Source: Amphiscolops sp. MND2022
Lineage: Eukaryota
DNA length: 64,000 bases
NCBI GenBank assembly: GCA_964187785.1
Contig: OZ076409.1
Span: 32,862,001-32,926,000 of the forward strand
Direction: 5' to 3'
Part shown: one piece after another, positions 38,850 through 51,100 of the stretch
Numbering within the stretch: the stretch's first letter is position 1
How the letters are laid out: every line of letters starts with the position of its first letter
Notes under the pieces: generated by a model
The model's input: the letters and a program-made list of their open reading frames with translations, nothing else
What the model was told of the DNA's origin: nothing
Database searches by the model: none
Position numbers and translations under genes: made by a program

Positions 38850-39933
38850 GCCAACCCACCCCCTGCGATTAGTAATGAATATATATACACAAACTACTCT
38901 CGCTTCATGACGATATGAAACCACTGACAAAGTTAAACAAATTGAACGAAGAAGGACCATTCAGTGTGAACAAAAATTGCATCTAGAGCCGACAAAGAGC
39001 GCCAACTAAAAACAAGTGCTAAGGTACTTAGTGCAAGGCTCGCGAACTGGGCAAAATACAACAGAATTTTTCTTCAGATCAAAAACTCAGTGAATGGTCA
39101 ACTATTCAACAGATTTTTGGCTCAATATTTAAAGAGCATACAAATATGGGCAAAAATTTGCTTGAGTGTTTCGGTACCGTGAAATTTTCGAATAGTAAAA
39201 ACTGTCTCTGAAAGGTCCCCTCTGTCGTCTCAAGATTTTTCGGTTTTTGAGCATCAAGGGGAGAGACAACTTTAAACATTCCCTTCTTTTCAAAGCTACC
39301 AATACAAAATAAAAGTAGATCATTTTTGGTATTTAACTGAGTTGAATGAAATGTGATTATATTAAAGCTATATATTTGGAGTGAAAGGGATGTTACAAAA
39401 CTTCAAAACAAAAATTTCTACGTGGAGAGCAGTTTGCTATTCGTTCTCACCGGGAGTAGACACTGATTTGCTTTTCCAGCCAATGATCTCGCAGCCCTTC
39501 AAATTCTTCGTCGTCATCCCCAAAACCCATGGCCCGCATGGTTGAATGGGAAAACTGTCTCCCCACCCTTTTCATTTCGTTCGCTGCACTCTATTATTTC
39601 ATATCACATACCTGAATTGACAGTTGCACCAATCAGTTCTGCATTGGCACCATAACTCATGCAGTCAGTTTATATTTGAAAATATATATTCCATCAGTTT
39701 TATTTACACCAAAATCATGAATCATAACACTGTGATTTAAACCTTAAATTGCTAGTTAATCAGCAAATTCTACGAAAACAAAGCAGCAGCCATTATTTAA
39801 CTCATTCGAAATAGAAGCACCGACTTCAAACGATTAAAAAATTTCATGAGAAATAGAAAACTAGATACAAACCCTTGGATCTACTTGATCGATTGGAGAT
39901 TTATTTACAGAGGCTGAATGAATTGAACACTTT

Positions 39934-40878
39934 TCATAGACCCTTATTATAATGAACATGAGTTAGAAAAGGTTGGTCAGTCCTGATTTTGGATTGCAAA
40001 CTGCTTTCAAGTCTGTCTATTTTGATGGTTGAGTGCTGGGGGAAAAGAGCAACAGCCACGGGGAGTACAAAGTAAGTACATATACCGATGAGAGATGCTT
40101 CCAAGAAGATGCTGAGTGAGCGGTCTAAAACTTTCTCCAAAACTAGGCCACGTTTGGAAAACTGTTTTTGAATTGCGCTCATTGCAAGTGTGGGAAAGAC
40201 CATAATCGGAATAGCGGCAGAAATTCTAGTAGCAACAACTTGCATCAAACACATACAACCCAAAAGTCTCGACTCTCCCAAGATTTTCCCACCAGTATCG
40301 TTCACTGTAATTCCTTTCAAAAGATCCTGCTGTCTCATGAGAGGCACATTTACGATGTTACCAGCGCATACTGCGAAGAATGGAACAAATTTAGAAGCAA
40401 GAGGATAACTAGATCGCTTAGCGATTTGTGACAACTTGTAAGACACCGCCACGGCTGTCCCTGTAGCACTCAAATAGGCAGTTATTATTTGCCCGGTCGT
40501 GAGAGAAGATTGTGCATTCCTATTGGTGTAGTTGCAAAAAGCCATGAAGGACTGATTGATCCACTGAGTTGTCACAAGTTGGAGAGGCGTTCGGTAAAAA
40601 GTTAGCATAAGAGCAGTTACTATAGTATTCCCGGGTATTTGGAAGCTCATTCTTCCAACAATGGGGTTCATTTCCTTAGTGTCAGGGTGAAAAGCTGACG
40701 CATACAAAGTTCTCGCCCAATGCAGATCACTATGATGAACCGTTTGAGGATTTTTCGCGAAATCCTCTAGAATATCTCTAGCGAAATGTAATTCTTGTTT
40801 CGATTTGAGCAGCCACACCGGACTCAGTACACCTTTGAAATATTTATATCGTTCGAAGAAAGAATCGCTTGAAGACAT
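39934..40878 (-). CDS. SFXN: Sideroflexin (mitochondrial inner-membrane carrier), intronless
   Basis: SAFHPDT, GRMSFQIPG, QWINQSF, NYTNRNA, PFFAV...N..NVPLMRQ and the terminal YNKGL are family signatures; intact 314-aa ORF. Confidence 0.95.
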   Translation of the reverse strand: MSSSDSFFERYKYFKGVLSPVWLLKSKQELHFARDILEDFAKNPQTVHHSDLHWARTLYASAFHPDTKEMNPIVGRMSFQIPGNTIVTALMLTFYRTPLQLVTTQWINQSFMAFCNYTNRNAQSSLTTGQIITAYLSATGTAVAVSYKLSQIAKRSSYPLASKFVPFFAVCAGNIVNVPLMRQQDLLKGITVNDTGGKILGESRLLGCMCLMQVVATRISAAIPIMVFPTLAMSAIQKQFSKRGLVLEKVLDRSLSIFLEASLIGICTYFVLPVAVALFPQHSTIKIDRLESSLQSKIRTDQPFLTHVHYNKGL

Positions 40879-41002
40879 CAGAGATCATTAGTTGAGAAGC
40901 ACCATTAACTCTAGAATTTGTTGCAAAATAAGAAAACAGTCGCATATATATATTTCTATTCATTTTTTCTTTTTCTTTATCAGATATCATGGATCTTCGT
41001 CA

Positions 41003-41245
41003 TCAATCAAGTGTGTCATCATGTTGGGGGAGGGGGAGAAGACACACACCCGTGGTCTGCAACGAAAGGAGGAAACCCTATACCATTATATTACCCCATA
41101 CAAGTTTTTTCCCTCTATCAAATAACACGGATCTTCGTCAGCCAATTCCCAGAAAAGTGCAAAAATGTTTTCCCAGCTGACACGATTTATTCTATTCTGC
41201 CGCGGGGGTACACACCCGTGGTCTGCAACAAAAGTAGGGAACTCC
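41003..41245 (+). repeat. Short interspersed repeat (two partial copies); related copy at ~55672-55750
   Basis: Shared ACACACCCGTGGTCTGCAAC core and TCATCATGTTGGGG. Confidence 0.7.
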
Positions 41246-41294
41246 ATACCAACCACATTCCCAGTAGACCGGTAGAAACAATTTTTTTAATAAA

Positions 41295-41830
41295 ATGAAT
41301 TTCAACCTGGACAAGAACTTTCTCATCTGGTTTACCCGGAAAAACAACCTTGAAGAAGAGCCAATATTAGTTTTTGGTGGCAATGACTTGTCCTTCACTT
41401 TTCAACCAGTGACTGATCTGGGTATCAAGTTTTGTCATAACCTCACATGGACAATTCATATTGCTGATAGAGTCTCAACGAGTTTCAAAAGATATATTAT
41501 AATTCGACGAAATCTTCCAAGCAAGATAAGTACCCAACGAAAGAGACGAATGCATCTATACTATATTCGACCGATACTCACTTATGGTTCTGCTATTTTC
41601 TCTCCGAACAAGCAAGATCTTAAAAACTTGAAAGCTTTCAATCCACAGTAACTAAATGGATATACCCTGAGTCAGATTACCGAACTCGACTCCTAAAATG
41701 CAATTTACTGCCTGTTTCCTTGTTGTTTCAGTTATACGACGTTCTGCTGCTGAATAAGATAATCAACGGAGAGCTGGGCTCAGAGCTACAAACCCATCTT
41801 CAGATGGTCAAGAGAATCTCTTCCGTATGA
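41295..41830 (+). mobile_element. Non-LTR retrotransposon (CR1/L2-like) RT C-terminal fragment
   Basis: DLGI.F..NLTW..HI, IRPILTYGS.IFSP and Y..RL...NLLP; frameshifted. Confidence 0.75.
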
Positions 41831-41889
41831 ATTTAGAGCCTCTACAACAGCACGTTTTGGATGCTAAATGACACCTGCTATTGAAAATA

Positions 41890-43382
41890 GCTTTCGACTG
41901 CCGCATCACTTGCCCTAGAAGTTTTGTTAGTGCGTTCTGTGGCACACTTGACCAACATTGGCCTGCTTATGAGAGCCTGGCTGCATTAGACGAAGTGGCG
42001 TGAACAGTCTGCTCAAAAAGTGGACTATTCAGTGTGAGATCTGTGTTGGGAGCAGGACGTTTCGGCAAAAAAAAATTTCGAGACGTTTCGGCAAATTTTT
42101 CATGCCGAAACGTCCCGTATTATCTTGGTCCCGTAATATCTTGGTTTTGCTTTTGGTTTTCTACAAACTGGTTGGGTCCAGTTTGTAGAATACCAGTTTG
42201 TAGAATTCTTTAATTGAAGAAAAACGATAAGACCAATAATGTAGGAATGATGGAAAGCATAAAACGTGCCTCGGATATGTCCCCATTTCCTCTAGTGCCC
42301 CGCGGCCCCTTGGGGCAGCTTATATTCCCATCTTGTTAAGCGAGGTCGAACAGGAGCAAAGACCTAGCGGGAACGGAGATCGCGAAGCTTTCGACTGCCG
42401 CATCACTTGCCCTAGAAGTTTTGTTAGTGCGTTCTGTGGCACACTTGACCAACATTGGCCTGCTTATGAGAGCCTGGCTGCATTAGACGAAGTGGCGTGA
42501 ACAGTCTGCTCAAAAAGTGGACTATTCAGTGTGAGATCTGTGTTGGGAGCAGGACGTTTCGGCAAAAAAAAATTTCGAGACGTTTCGGCAAATTTTTCAT
42601 GCCGAAACGTCCCGTATTATCTTGGTCCCGTAATATCTTGGTTTTGCTTTTGGTTTTCTACAAACTGGTTGGGTCCAGTTTGTAGAATACCAGTTTGTAG
42701 AATTCTTTAATTGAAGAAAAACGATAAGACCAATAATGTAGGAATGATGGAAAGCATAAAACGTGCCTCGGATATGTCCCCATTTCCTCTAGTGCCCCGC
42801 GGCCCCTTGGGGCAGCTTATATTCCCATCTTGTTAAGCGAGGTCGAACAGGAGCAAAGACCTAGCGGGAACGGAGATCGCGAAGCTTTCGACTGCCGCAT
42901 CACTTGCCCTAGAAGTTTTGTTAGTGCGTTCTGTGGCACACTTGACCAACATTGGCCTGCTTATGAGAGCCTGGCTGCATTAGACGAAGTGGCGTGAACA
43001 GTCTGCTCAAAAAGTGGACTATTCAGTGTGAGATCTGTGTTGGGAGCAGGACGTTTCGGCAAAAAAAAATTTCGAGACGTTTCGGCAAATTTTTCATGCC
43101 GAAACGTCCCGTATTATCTTGGTCCCGTAATATCTTGGTTTTGCTTTTGGTTTTCTACAAACTGGTTGGGTCCAGTTTGTAGAATACCAGTTTGTAGAAT
43201 TCTGGAATTGAAGAAAAACGATAAGACCAATAATGTAGGAATGATGGAAAGCATAAAACGTGCCTCGGATATGTCCCCATTTCCTCTAGTGCCCCGCGGC
43301 CCCTTGGGGCAGCTTATATTCCCATCTTGTTAAGCGAGGTCGAACAGGAGCAAAGACCTAGCGGGAACGGAGATCGCGAAGC
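41890..43382 (+). repeat. Three tandem 497-bp units
   Basis: Units start at about 41890, 42387 and 42884; an identical ORF appears at 42000, 42497 and 42994. Confidence 0.95.
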
Positions 43383-43567
43383 GATCGTAGCGGGAGCTGG
43401 TCTTTGCGACGGTGAGGGCGAGCGTGCATACACCGGATATGCCCCACATATCACAAGAAATGTCTCGGCAAATGTTTTTAGCCTGAGACGTTTCGGCATA
43501 TTTTTTTGCCGAAACGTCCGCCGCCATGTTTTTGCCGAAACGTCTTTTGCCGAAACGTCCGGAATCC
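43042..43567. mobile_element. MITE with GG...CC ends, ACGTTTCGGC terminal repeats and the 8-bp TSD TCTGTGTT
   Basis: TSD at 43034-43041 and 43568-43575; internal core matches ~14715-14920. Confidence 0.85.
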
Positions 43568-44107
43568 TCTGTGTTCACAGAGAGCCGAAAAACCTGAAAG
43601 AGGAATTCTTTGCTACTTTCTAGCTTTGCAATGTGGTCCTAGTTACATTTTAGACTCGCTTCATGACGATATGAAACCACTGACGAAGTTAAACTTGAGG
43701 ATCAGAATTGGATCGTCGTCATCAATCAGCTTTTCTTAAAAAACGCTTCTGTATTCATCATGTGCCCCCAGCCCGGGCGGCAGACAAAAAAATCCAACCA
43801 ACATAGGAAACATTAAAAAAATAAGGAAAGGATCATGCAACCAGAGAGTTCAAAGGACACAGGAGGAATCTCAATTCAGAAACTCAAAGAGGCATGTGAA
43901 CTGGTAACGATTACGAAGCAAAGAAGACATATATTTCCTTATGAAACAAAACGGACATTAAAACGCGGATTTACAAGTAGTAAAGTTCGCGTAAGTGGTC
44001 TTCGTCCCGAACCGTTCCAACTACACTGGCCGCATTGCCTACCTGGATTGCGAGAGAGTCTCTGCCTGAAAAAGGACCCGGCTCTATTTTCTTGATTGCA
44101 CACGCAC

Positions 44108-44457
44108 GGGTGGCTGTAAATAGGTCGAAATTTTCTGGTCGAAAGGACTGAGGTCGAACCTTTTGATCGAATTACAGGGATCGAATGGAATGCGGTCGAA
44201 TTTTATCGTGCTTGTTGTATGGCTCGGTCGCTTCGCTCCCTTCGCCAAGTAGCAACATTGAGGCATGGCCATATGGCACGTCGCTGCGCTTTGCTTCGCT
44301 CCTGCATTCAGGGCACTAGGGGTATGTGAACATATCTGACTACGTTATAAAAATTTCGATCCGAGTTGTTTCGATCCCATTCAAAAATTTGGTATTGTCG
44401 ACCTGAGGACTAACTCTGATTTTCGATCCCGTTCCTTCGACCTATTTCCGCCCACCC
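44108..44457. mobile_element. ~350-bp MITE, GGGTGG...CCACCC ends, 9-bp TSD CACACGCAC (Mutator-like)
   Basis: TSD at 44099-44107 and 44458-44466; TCGA-rich subterminal repeats. Confidence 0.88.
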
Positions 44458-44469
44458 CACACGCACAAT

Positions 44470-44905
44470 TTAAGGAGATGCGCAGTTGCTGATCTGTCAA
44501 CTTCATACCCAGATTTTTGCTTGGTACAACATTCAGCCAAGCTGAACCAAAGGGGTCTTGATAAGCCTTTTGACATTTTCCGCATCAAGGTCTGTAATAA
44601 GTTGATCGAAAGTAGCATCGCTCAGAGGAGAGGTCCAATGTTTTTGGATGGAGTCCGACGGTGCTTCTGTCAGGTTAGCCCTCGCCAACCATAAATCCAG
44701 AGCTTTTTCGAACGATGCATCAACATAGTCTTCTGGGAGGATACACAACAAAGCACGTTTGGCACCCGATGCTGAAGCTGAAAAAGCAGGAAGAGCAATC
44801 TGGGAAGCTGATGCAATGCCTATGCCCCCTTTGGAGACTTTGAGAATCGCTTGAGTATAGCTGCTTTCATCAAAATTCACATTGCAGATTTTGGAATTTG
44901 CATTC
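44470..44905 (-). mobile_element. CRE-like non-LTR retrotransposon fragment (post-RT region)
   Basis: QAIL.VSKGGIGI.SA.QIALPAF.AS...QK.W pattern of RLE-type LINEs. Confidence 0.6.
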
Positions 44906-46219
44906 AATAAGTTAGCGTGTCAAAAAGTTGAACAAATTGAACAAAATGACCATTCAATGTGAACAAAAATTGCATCTAGAGCCGACAAAAAGCGCCAACT
45001 AAAAACAAGTGCTAAGGTACTTAGTGCAAGGCTCGCGAACTGGGCAAAATACAACAGAATTTTTCTTCAGATCAAAAACTAAGTGAATGGTAAACTTCTC
45101 AACAGATTTTTAGCTCAACATTTGAAGTTTATACAAAAAATGGGCAAAAATTCTATTGAGTGTTCCGGTACTGTGCAATTTTCGAATAGTAAAAACTGTC
45201 TCTGGAGGGTCCCCTCTTTCGTCTCAAGATTTTTCGGTTTTTGAGCATCAATGGGAGAGACTTGAAACATTCCCTTCTTTTCAAAGCTACCAATACAAAA
45301 TAAAAGTAGATCATTTTTGGTATTGATCTGAGTTGAATGAAATGCAATTTTTATAATAAAGCTATATATTTGGAGTGAAAGGGATGTTACAAAACTTCAA
45401 AACAAAAATTTTTACGTGGAGAGCAGTTTGCTATTCGCTCTCACCGGGAGTAGACACTGATTTGCTTTTCCAGCCAATGATCTCGCAGTCGTTCAAATGC
45501 TTCGTCGTCGTCCCCAATACCCATGGCCTAATTGTTGTGATATATTTATTAAATAGAGATGGCAATTATTTGAATTTGAGACAACTGGACGCTGTTTTGT
45601 TGGTTTGTCGCTGCACTTGATCTGAAAAAACCATCACAACCCGGTGAGATAATTCCATTTTCATTTTATTTCAACAATTCAAGGTTTTGTTCTATAAACG
45701 GATTGCTTCACTGTTGTGATTGTTTCTTTTTGGGGAGATTGGGCCAGGGAGTTCAATCCAATTACCAATTATCTCAACCAATTACCAATTATCGACTCAT
45801 TTCAACCAATTACCAATTAGTGTTTCACTGAAAAAACCAATTTCAACCAATTAACAATATTCAATAACGTCCTATTATACCAATTATTTCAGAGGATGAG
45901 TGCTGGTGGAGAAGGTAACCCTGAAAGAGGTAACTCTTTGTCAGTCACAACTGAGTACCGCACACACGAATCTGATTGGCACACACCCAAATGTGGTATT
46001 CCTGCAATTGGTTAGGTTTCGAGGTTGAGTTGTGATGAAAAACAACTAAACTTGCAACGCTCCCAAGTGTCTGAAGCCCTCACGGTTGATAGACTGGATA
46101 AAATGTAGGCTTTGCAAAGGATGGGTTCACATAAAATGCGCCAATTTATCAGGAACGGAAGCCCGGAGTCTTGCCGAAGTTAAATGTAGTAGGTGCTCTT
46201 TAGTGAACACAATCCCTCA

Positions 46220-46568
46220 GGGTGGGCGGAAGTAGATCGAAGGAACGGGATCGAAAATCAGAGTTAGTCCTCAGCTCGACATACCAAATTTTTGAATGGG
46301 ATCGAAACAACTCGAATCGAAATTTTTATAACGTAGTCAGATATGTTCACATACCCCTAGTGCCCTGAATGCAGGAGCGAAGCGAAGCGGAGCGACGTGC
46401 CATATGGCCATACCTCAATGTTGCTACTTGGCGAAGGGAGCGAAGCGACCGAGCCATACAACAAATACGACAAAATTCGACCGCGTTCCATTCAAACCCT
46501 GCAATTCGATCAAAACGTTCGACCTCTGTCCTTTCGACCAGAAAAATTCGACCTATTTACAGCCACCC
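46220..46568. mobile_element. Second copy (inverted) of the 350-bp MITE, 9-bp TSD AATCCCTCA
   Basis: TSD at 46211-46219 and 46569-46577; reverse complement of 44108-44457. Confidence 0.88.
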
Positions 46569-46651
46569 AATCCCTCAGTGTCAGGTTGATAACTTTAGAC
46601 CAGACACACTTTTTAATTCAGGCATTGTTCACTTGAAACGGATTCACGGCG

Positions 46652-47819
46652 ATAGTCACCGCCATGGACATATTTTCACGCTACTTATTCACATACTGTG
46701 TCACCAAAATAGATGCGAAGACAATTGCAAGAATACTGGTAGACATCATGACACGACACGCCTACCTACTTACAACAATAATAACCGACAAAGGAACCCA
46801 ATTCATGTCAGAAGTAGTGGCAGACACCACACGCGTACTGGGCATCCAACTACGACATGCCACAACAAAGCATGCCCAAACAATAGGCATCCTGGAACGT
46901 TGCCACGCATCCCTGAAAGAAGCTCTGAAGATCTCAACGGGAGAAAGGAGAACAATGTGGCACCAACTCGTACCTGCAGCCACCCTCAATTATAACACAA
47001 CCTACCATTCAGCAATAGGGTGCGAACCCAGTCGAGTGTTCCATGGGAGAGTACCATATAATGTTCTCGACCTCAAGTTTGGCCTCAAACCAAACCAAAA
47101 CAGGAACCCGACAACGGACGTAGGCGAAGAAGTCGTCCAAAAAACCCGGATGATACACGAATTAGTGAGCAAACACCTTCTCCACTCCTACATAATGTAC
47201 AAACAGTACTACGATAAAAAAGCTTCTGCCCACCCCCTTAGCAACGATTGATTACTGTTATGCCCTACACCCACAGGCAAACACCCAGGGATCGAAATTT
47301 CCCTTTCGAGAATACTTATGGACAGGACCATTCGTAGTAGTCAAAACCTATCCCAATAATAACTACCTGATCCGTAAATTACAAACAAACAAAACACAAA
47401 TCCTACACCGGATACCCCTGAAACCGTGCCCTACTAAAGACCGTCTGCCAGACATTCAGGTCCAAACAAAAGACTTCCAACCAGACAATGAAGTCTAGAT
47501 CCTACATGATGACTTATACGCATTAGCATGGCAGTCGGGGTTTGAACACTTCGTGATGACACCCGAACACGCCGCGAATAACGAATCTACAATCATACCG
47601 CCGGACAGAGAAGACAACCCAGAAACTGCCACCCAGGAGGTCGACTCAGACACCTCCCTGCAAAATCAACCCGACCAAGAAAACCCACCTGAAATCGACC
47701 CCAGCCCAGAACCTATTTCTCCCCGAAAAGGAAAATACAACCTACACAGCAACCCCCCTTCAAACTGGAAAAGAGAATATGCTTATTACGACTCCGTGGT
47801 TGTTGGCGCAAACGAATAA
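46652..47819 (+). pseudogene. Ty3/Gypsy integrase, 5'-truncated and disrupted
   Basis: DIFSRYLF, IITDKGTQF, GILERCH.SLK, YNTTYHS.IG..P and WTGPF.VV (GPF/Y module). Confidence 0.88.
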
Positions 47820-48182
47820 ACTCTTAACATGAATTCGTGAAATGGTACACTGACTACCTACTTGTTTATTACCTTAGACTAACTTTCTTTCTACAAACTC
47901 ATCTATAATCTCAAGGAAAAACAGAATCGAGGAGTGAACAATCAATTACAGACAACTCCAATCATCGTTCCGCCACAAGGCATTACACTAAGCCTTTCTA
48001 CTCCTCCTGTTTTTTTGTTCCTGTTCATACGCTTGTATAACCAAACTTTTGACTACAATCAAAGACGGACACAACGGCCCAGAAGTACTACAATCAAAAT
48101 TAATACATCAAATCAAACTATATACAAATCAAAGAAATGGCAACAACCAATGAATGTTTGACAGTTCAAATCCCTCTGCAAA

Positions 48183-51100
48183 TTACGACTTGCTTCCACG
48201 TTTCCGTGACGACGAAGTTTTGGTTTTAGGGGTAACCTGCACAGGACTGCCACAACTGCGAGCTTCTCTCTTGGCTTGCAAGATACGGGTCACGTCACTC
48301 GAACGACTAGGAGAAAAAGACAAACAGGGCCATGCACTGGATACCACAGGAGAAGGCGAGGAAGATCCACCTCCTAAAGAAGAAACGGCAGTACCAGAGA
48401 CACTGGCATTAGCTGTAACCACCCGATTCTCAACAGTGGGCTGTGACTTATCTGGAGTAGGACAAGTGGACGAGATGCCCAGACCAGACTTGCGGCGCCA
48501 TTCATTCACTTGCTCCAATTAATAGGCGTCGAAAGTACTTCAAGGGACGACATACAAGGGACGCCATGGAGCAAAAGAAGCATCCTCCACAAAAGTCCTC
48601 CCTTTTAGGAAGATTGATCTTCAACTCCTCCAGACAATCTTTGGTCAACAGTTAGTTCCCCAGCACTGAACCCGCCACAAGACAAAAAGGACTGCACTGA
48701 CACAATCGATTCGCAGGAATCTTCACCCCACTCATGGACATATCCACGTCAGGGTACTCAATGGATCGCGGAACCAAAACTAGCTCAGCCAGTCGAATCA
48801 CGTTCGATAAGTTTGGACGGCAGTCCAACAATCCCGATATCCGCAAGAAGTACAGACCATTATGAATTGATGGGATTGCCGGCCGATTCTGACGACGAAG
48901 TTCCACTAGCAGCGACTTGAACTCATTGCAGGACCCCTCGCCCTCTGATACGATGAGCCGACCACAATCTTGGAAACAGTTAACCAAGTCTCGAAACAAC
49001 TCCACTGTATAGGCCTCGTCGCCCTGGAGCAGCATATCGGGAGAAAAGCCACTCAGGCTCGATAACACCTCTGCAATTCTGCAACGCCTTCAAGAACTCC
49101 ATTAGGAAATTGGGGCATTCCTTGAGAAACGATCGTTTCACCGTATCACCACACCCACCCAAAGCAGTCATGACTATGGGCTCACTCCTAAGACACTCCA
49201 AAGCTGGGACATTTGACCAGGTGTTCAGGAGACGACCGACATATTGACTCCAGGCAATTTCTGGCAATTCGGACAACTTTTGCACTTTGCTGAGCAAACT
49301 CCAGTAGAAAAAACAGAACTCAGCATAATTACGGCAACTGTAGTCTGACACGGCGGTAACAGACTGCTTCTCAAAATTCGCCTGGAAACAAGCCACTAGC
49401 ACATGCAATAGACTCAGCCTGGGCAGCACCAGAGAATCAGTTAACAAAACGCGGCTCATGTCGAGAGGAGCTCTGCCTTTGGGAACAAGCCCAACGATAC
49501 TCTATTCCAAGAACAGTTTTACGTCAGCCCAATGTTGGACCAATTCTTCCAGAACAGCACACAATGATGCAAAGGGCACTTCCCGTTGACGAATGCAACG
49601 ACGAAACTGTGGAAGACCCATCAACCAAGGCTGATGTATAGCTTTCGCCAGACGAAGCATCAAGTATTCTAAGACAGCAAATGGATCCAAACTGCTTGCC
49701 CCGACTAGACCTGCATCATGCACATGACCTTCAAATATTTCCGGAGTATACTCTGTGACGAACAACGGTTCGGGAGACCCCTCACCTTTACACCATGGGG
49801 AGAAAGCATTAAATAGAGTGGCTGAACAACCCTGCAAAGTCACAGGAACATGTTTAGAAGGCAGTAAGGCAAGCACCCGGGAGAGACACTTGATTTCAGC
49901 ATCACACACTCCGGAACCCATCGGCTCCCACAAGACACAAATCTCACGCATGCCGCCAGCAACAGCATAACGAACGAAACAGCGCCAACTATCTTCGTCC
50001 TCCCGGAACAACACACTGAAATATTACTCCTTGCAGATCGACTGAACACGTCGAAGCACTCGCGGGTATAAAGTCTGACACAATATCACCCAGGTCTCGG
50101 TTTTACTCCACGTTGCTTGGGCGAAATTGCACTCTACTGGAATAGTAGCTCTGAACTCATTCCACAATCGACGCAAGAAACTGTGTGAGCCTCCACTGCG
50201 TAGAAGCTCAAAGAGACTACCCACCAATGTCGAGGAAGGCACATTAGATTCTACCCCCACAAGCGCATCTATCTCATCTTCGGCAAACGCGTTTTTCTTC
50301 CCAAGAACCACAGGAGGAGTCATCTCAATCTCTGCTCTCAACTCCGGAGGAATCGAAGACACATCCACAGCATCAAAGCGAGTCGTATACACCACGTCCT
50401 CATGATCAAGGCGGTAACGCCGATCCTTCAGAAAGATCAATTTTACCACTAAAGTGACGATAAATCTCCGGCTCTCCACGCGTCAGGAAGGAAATATCTT
50501 TGCGGCAGATCGCACAATTAAAGCCATTTGGACTGCCATCGGATCGCCGACTCACAAAAAGACGAGGAATAGCATGTTCGGCCATCTCTTTACGTAAAAC
50601 GTGCCTTTCTGTCTGCCGCTTTTTCTTCATCTCATGCTTCGCAAGCAATTTTGATTTAGTGGTCTCCTCCAAATTCAGCTGAGTCTGAGCGCGATGCATG
50701 TGGATGCCCTTGGCCCGCAACAAGCGCATGATTTTCTCCATTTCTAAACAGGAACATACAATTCAGAGGAAGTAACAACGATGAATCGACCGTACCCACT
50801 CAAACGTGAAAAGTGACTCAAATCCAACACCACGATACACACTACTCAGAAGAAACACAACACTCAATCGACAGGAAACGACAAAACCAATACACAGCAA
50901 AACTCACGGCGTGCCAAAGAACGTGACTCAAGACGACTCTGTGACCTCTCCAGACACACAGCAGCCTGACCATAGGCCAACACTTGCGAAGACGACAAGC
51001 ACACTGCGCCAGGGGGTACCTCCTTGAGCCCAGCTAAATCAATCATAAGACATAAACATACGACCGGCAACAAGTATCAACCCCCTCCCAAACTCCGAAC

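Larger units (their letters stand above)
22526..38898. mobile_element. Non-autonomous Polinton-type element with giant inverted arms
   Basis: AGTAGTTTGTG...CACAAACTACT ends; TSD CTCGCT at 22520-22525 and 38899-38904; empty paralogous site at 43655-43660; mirrored ORFs on opposite strands. Confidence 0.92.
31424..38898 (-). repeat. Right inverted arm (~7.5 kb)
   Basis: Reverse complement of 22526-29820, e.g. ORF pairs 27687+/33283-, 29140-/31859+ and 24406-/36919+. Confidence 0.95.

Noticed and set aside
46369..46995. 208-aa ORF as a real gene
   Set aside because: It starts inside a MITE and runs out of frame over the Gypsy integrase; a chance fusion.
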